Shown: piece by piece, positions 26,001 through 27,705 of the stretch
Numbering within the stretch: the stretch's first letter is position 1
Layout: every line of letters begins with the position of its first letter
NCBI GenBank assembly: GCA_964496415.1
Contig: CAZBZN010000003.1
Coordinates: 1 to 27,705 of the forward strand
Direction: 5' to 3'
From: Candidatus Micrarchaeota archaeon
GTDB lineage: Archaea > B1Sed10-29 > JAJRYS01
DNA: 27,705 nt
Notes under the pieces: model-generated
Seen by the model: only the letters and a program-made list of their open reading frames with translations
Told to the model about the DNA's origin: nothing
Database searches by the model: none
Program-made: the position numbers and the translations under genes

Positions 26001-27705
26001 GTTCAAACTCTGTTTTTGCCTTTTACTGCTCCTACAGAACAAAAAGAAGTAACCATTACACTAAAACAAGGACAGTCTGCTAAGTCTTATGTAACCAGTA
26101 GTAATTCTTTCTCAGAAGGAATGGAGGTTAATTACTCAGCAAACTGTGAGTATGATTCTTTAACAGTAACTGCTAGCACAGGTGCTGTCTTTTCAAGTGC
26201 TTCGGTAAGCAAGTCCTCTGAAGGATGGGTGATAATTTACTCTTATTCAAAACAAAAAGAAGGTGGGGAAGAAACTTCTAAAGACGTGATAAACCTCAAG
26301 CTTACTTTTAAGAAGGGGGGTATTACTTCAGAATACACTTTAAGCATTCCAGTTCTTATTGCGACAGAGCTTTCTGCAGAAACCCTTTCATTAACAGGAA
26401 TCTCAGTAGTGCCTATTCAGAAATACGGTGAAGATTATAACTGCGAGTATGATTATTGTACTATTTCTCAGGCTTTAAAATACGCTTACGACCATAGGGG
26501 TCAGGGAAGTCTTACTTTGAAGCTTCTAAGGACAGGAAGCCTTACACTGCAGGACATTCAAAAAATATACTCAAACATTGGAATAACTACTGATGTTATT
26601 GATGAAAGCACTCTTGCTCAGGGAACTCCAAGTGAATTCAGTATTTTAAGTGACCCTGACTCATTCAATTTCGGTGAAGCTGGGAATTACTTATTCTCAA
26701 TCAGTAAAAACACTTTAAGAGAAGTAACCCCACTAGACAGTGGTTCTGATGTAACAAAAGCTTTTTACCAGCTTCAATTAAACAAGCTAACTGATGATGG
26801 AAATATTAACAATCAGATAAACTTTGGTCTTTATCCTTCTCATGGCGACAAAGCAGCATGGGATGATGATCAATTAAAAGGTATTGCTGATGAGTTTTCT
26901 TCTCTTGCAAGAACATTCTTCGGAATACCTGAAAGTGACTCAAGTAATTATGGTCCTTTTGTTTATGGTTCAGACCACCGTACTTACGTTATAGTTAAGT
27001 TGGTAAAGTGTGATGCTGAAAAAATCCAAGAATCAGGAAACGACTGCAGCATAATAGACTCTGACGTCGGAGGATTGAACAATTTAAGAGGAGTAATAGC
27101 TTATTACCCGCAAGGGATTGGAAGGATCTCATACCCGACTTTGGTGTTTGCTTCATTATCCTATGATGGCTTAGAAGAAATGGTTGAAAGGTACTTTAAT
27201 ACTCTTGAAGGAAACTACCAGCTTAGCATTTACGAGAATAACGGGTTTTACTTCCTGTCAACAGCACCAAAAGTGCTTAGAGTGTTCTGTGCTGGCAAAA
27301 GCGATGAATGCAGTAAAGTCTCTGATGAAATAAGAAATGAAGGAAGCATGCTTACTGCTTTAAGGAAGTTTTATGCTGTTGAAGCAGGGTATAATCCTGA
27401 TGAAATTGGCGTGGTTGAAAAAAGCGATGAAAGACAAGCTGACTTGAAGTTAGTGTTCTGCACTGATTTCACTGAATCAGGATGTGAGGATGAGCAAGGA
27501 AAATACTCTCAGTTAATGAATAACGTGTTCGGAGCAAATATTAACGAGGTATTCACTACTAATGTTCCTGTTAATGGAATACTTTTCAAGTTAAGCGGGA
27601 CACAAGAAGGTTCAAACCTTAGGTATTACTTGTATGCTTGGAATACTTCAAGCGCGCAGAGGCTTCTTGAAGAGTATTATAATGCTTACTGGCAGCAGCC
27701 TGAGT
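23016..27705 (+). CDS. Giant N-terminally anchored surface protein with carboxypeptidase-regulatory-like beta-sandwich repeats (>1560 aa, 3' end outside window), not in the ORF track
   Basis: TTTATATT at 22972-22979, GGTGA SD at 23007-23011, ATG23016. Begins MELLNKVIEAYYKVEDKWFDFLDFLDSKKIPVYSIVDPLEKHGVPSFLLFLGVILVLAYFFL. Repeats include LKPGNYFARVSAEG, GKVYVLVKTKDGKKVLGAIVKLF, PVDNAFITLF and AIPNAFVYLF. The same frame is open at the window end (RLLEEYYNAYWQQPE), and the track lists no stop-terminated ORF in it. Confidence 0.9.
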   Translation, partial: MELLNKVIEAYYKVEDKWFDFLDFLDSKKIPVYSIVDPLEKHGVPSFLLFLGVILVLAYFFLSPGGVPVNQVVLQVTDGENPVYAHVMILTPDGKTAFESNVNGSVQLMLKPGNYFARVSAEGCTDVENYSVLVSEEVPEVSIVLDCQQRPKTKLVSVCFDSDNLGAVTVYKKVGSRIPDCTQGSDICSLLVEETEEKNYKFKTQSGLVSDYYSGKDLIRLENLNKCVHLYPYLDPSVPKGKVYVLVKTKDGKKVLGAIVKLFKANTSYELSKSATHVEGNLSGFAEFTLPVGTRFYVKVEPSNMSIAFTDENIYEVKEGVNNVEVTIDPGVSSMITVLAESETGTVPVDNAFITLFDSYLSEDSRQGPFKTDSNGKKIINLVKGADYVGFVWKKGFNVSRFELKGGENKTIYLEKAAPGTTGDVHVIVGFKDSKAAIPNAFVYLFKDGKPTGIPSQPEKTSYNGEAWFYSVPVGDGYCVKVVRKFGESECVDVGEDGKVSLGTNTVVVEVDPISFDIDVNVSVEGEQAQEEVEVEAVDKNLGEVIASANVNKLTGFASLTINEGTDVEIKGYYSNSSGSYSGVIDLGRIEDYVENHGKVVNLDLEKVGNNISIISPSTTLNKGVTYYFTILLGTENTTLWQKATIILYDEDGYFEFKEPSSTYVTSVTGAGTSKMEISINVEELRERTLNLRIPIRIKTYAPNSVSFKYNASWVKEEKAGEKVDRDPGSGAYTAGPYTATGSVCRKAENGELSVCLPTYVNSIEIGATNEFEVAVVNEGTNALSGSSLSLKVKNYYENAVFSLVKVKLGDIETSGSISDDGFEVSVPSDLTIDPGEKLSLNITMLGIGGGPVQVDLLKDGKIITLDDGSEASVSFSVTGTSQVEIIVSPEPLTELSTEMNISLMAGTGAYKREVPASEWSYYTSVSGLTCDIQNLASNSWSKAYGNTYSIVFDNDCKPSRSKKVTVSFLPPEGYSYAPAEKQVEVSRCINLPSSVQTLFLPFTAPTEQKEVTITLKQGQSAKSYVTSSNSFSEGMEVNYSANCEYDSLTVTASTGAVFSSASVSKSSEGWVIIYSYSKQKEGGEETSKDVINLKLTFKKGGITSEYTLSIPVLIATELSAETLSLTGISVVPIQKYGEDYNCEYDYCTISQALKYAYDHRGQGSLTLKLLRTGSLTLQDIQKIYSNIGITTDVIDESTLAQGTPSEFSILSDPDSFNFGEAGNYLFSISKNTLREVTPLDSGSDVTKAFYQLQLNKLTDDGNINNQINFGLYPSHGDKAAWDDDQLKGIADEFSSLARTFFGIPESDSSNYGPFVYGSDHRTYVIVKLVKCDAEKIQESGNDCSIIDSDVGGLNNLRGVIAYYPQGIGRISYPTLVFASLSYDGLEEMVERYFNTLEGNYQLSIYENNGFYFLSTAPKVLRVFCAGKSDECSKVSDEIRNEGSMLTALRKFYAVEAGYNPDEIGVVEKSDERQADLKLVFCTDFTESGCEDEQGKYSQLMNNVFGANINEVFTTNVPVNGILFKLSGTQEGSNLRYYLYAWNTSSAQRLLEEYYNAYWQQPE

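Noticed and set aside
22963..27705. Apparent 4.7-kb non-coding region
   Set aside because: It is a single open frame from ATG23016, omitted from the track because its stop lies beyond the window.
1..27705. tRNA, rRNA, CRISPR array, IS elements or provirus
   Set aside because: Intergenic gaps are all under about 100 bp. I saw no regularly spaced repeats, cloverleaf-like sequence, or transposase, integrase or capsid motifs.

Overview
AT-rich, tightly packed archaeal DNA. TTTAAA-type TATA boxes, GGTGA/GGAGG Shine-Dalgarno (SD) sites, class III signal peptides, PAC2 and DUF473 genes all point to an archaeon; the gene set suggests DPANN, probably Micrarchaeota or Iainarchaeota (inference). The window is mostly cell-surface machinery. 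(1) 826-3834: a type IV pilus/Tad-like module whose ATPase is fused in frame to an N-terminal 16-Cys four-cluster [4Fe-4S] ferredoxin domain, followed by two TadB/TadC-like membrane proteins. This is the most unusual element. (2) 3865-5588: housekeeping genes (PAC2 chaperone with HbYX tail, DUF473, flavin reductase). (3) 5585-12027: a membrane zinc-finger protein and a divergent operon ending in a 1402-aa surface protein with a tripartite C-terminal sorting-like signal (LPWTPE, TM helix, RRK). (4) 12014-19235, minus strand: a second pilus operon with ATPase, double-domain platform protein and seven pilin-like genes, including a 46-aa pilin missed by the ORF track. It sits head-to-head with an archaeosortase gene. 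(5) Two paralogous secreted proteins, another pilin-like gene, and a >1560-aa surface protein from 23016 that runs off the window and is also absent from the track. I saw no tRNA, rRNA, CRISPR array or transposase. Family assignments are from motif recognition only; no searches were run.
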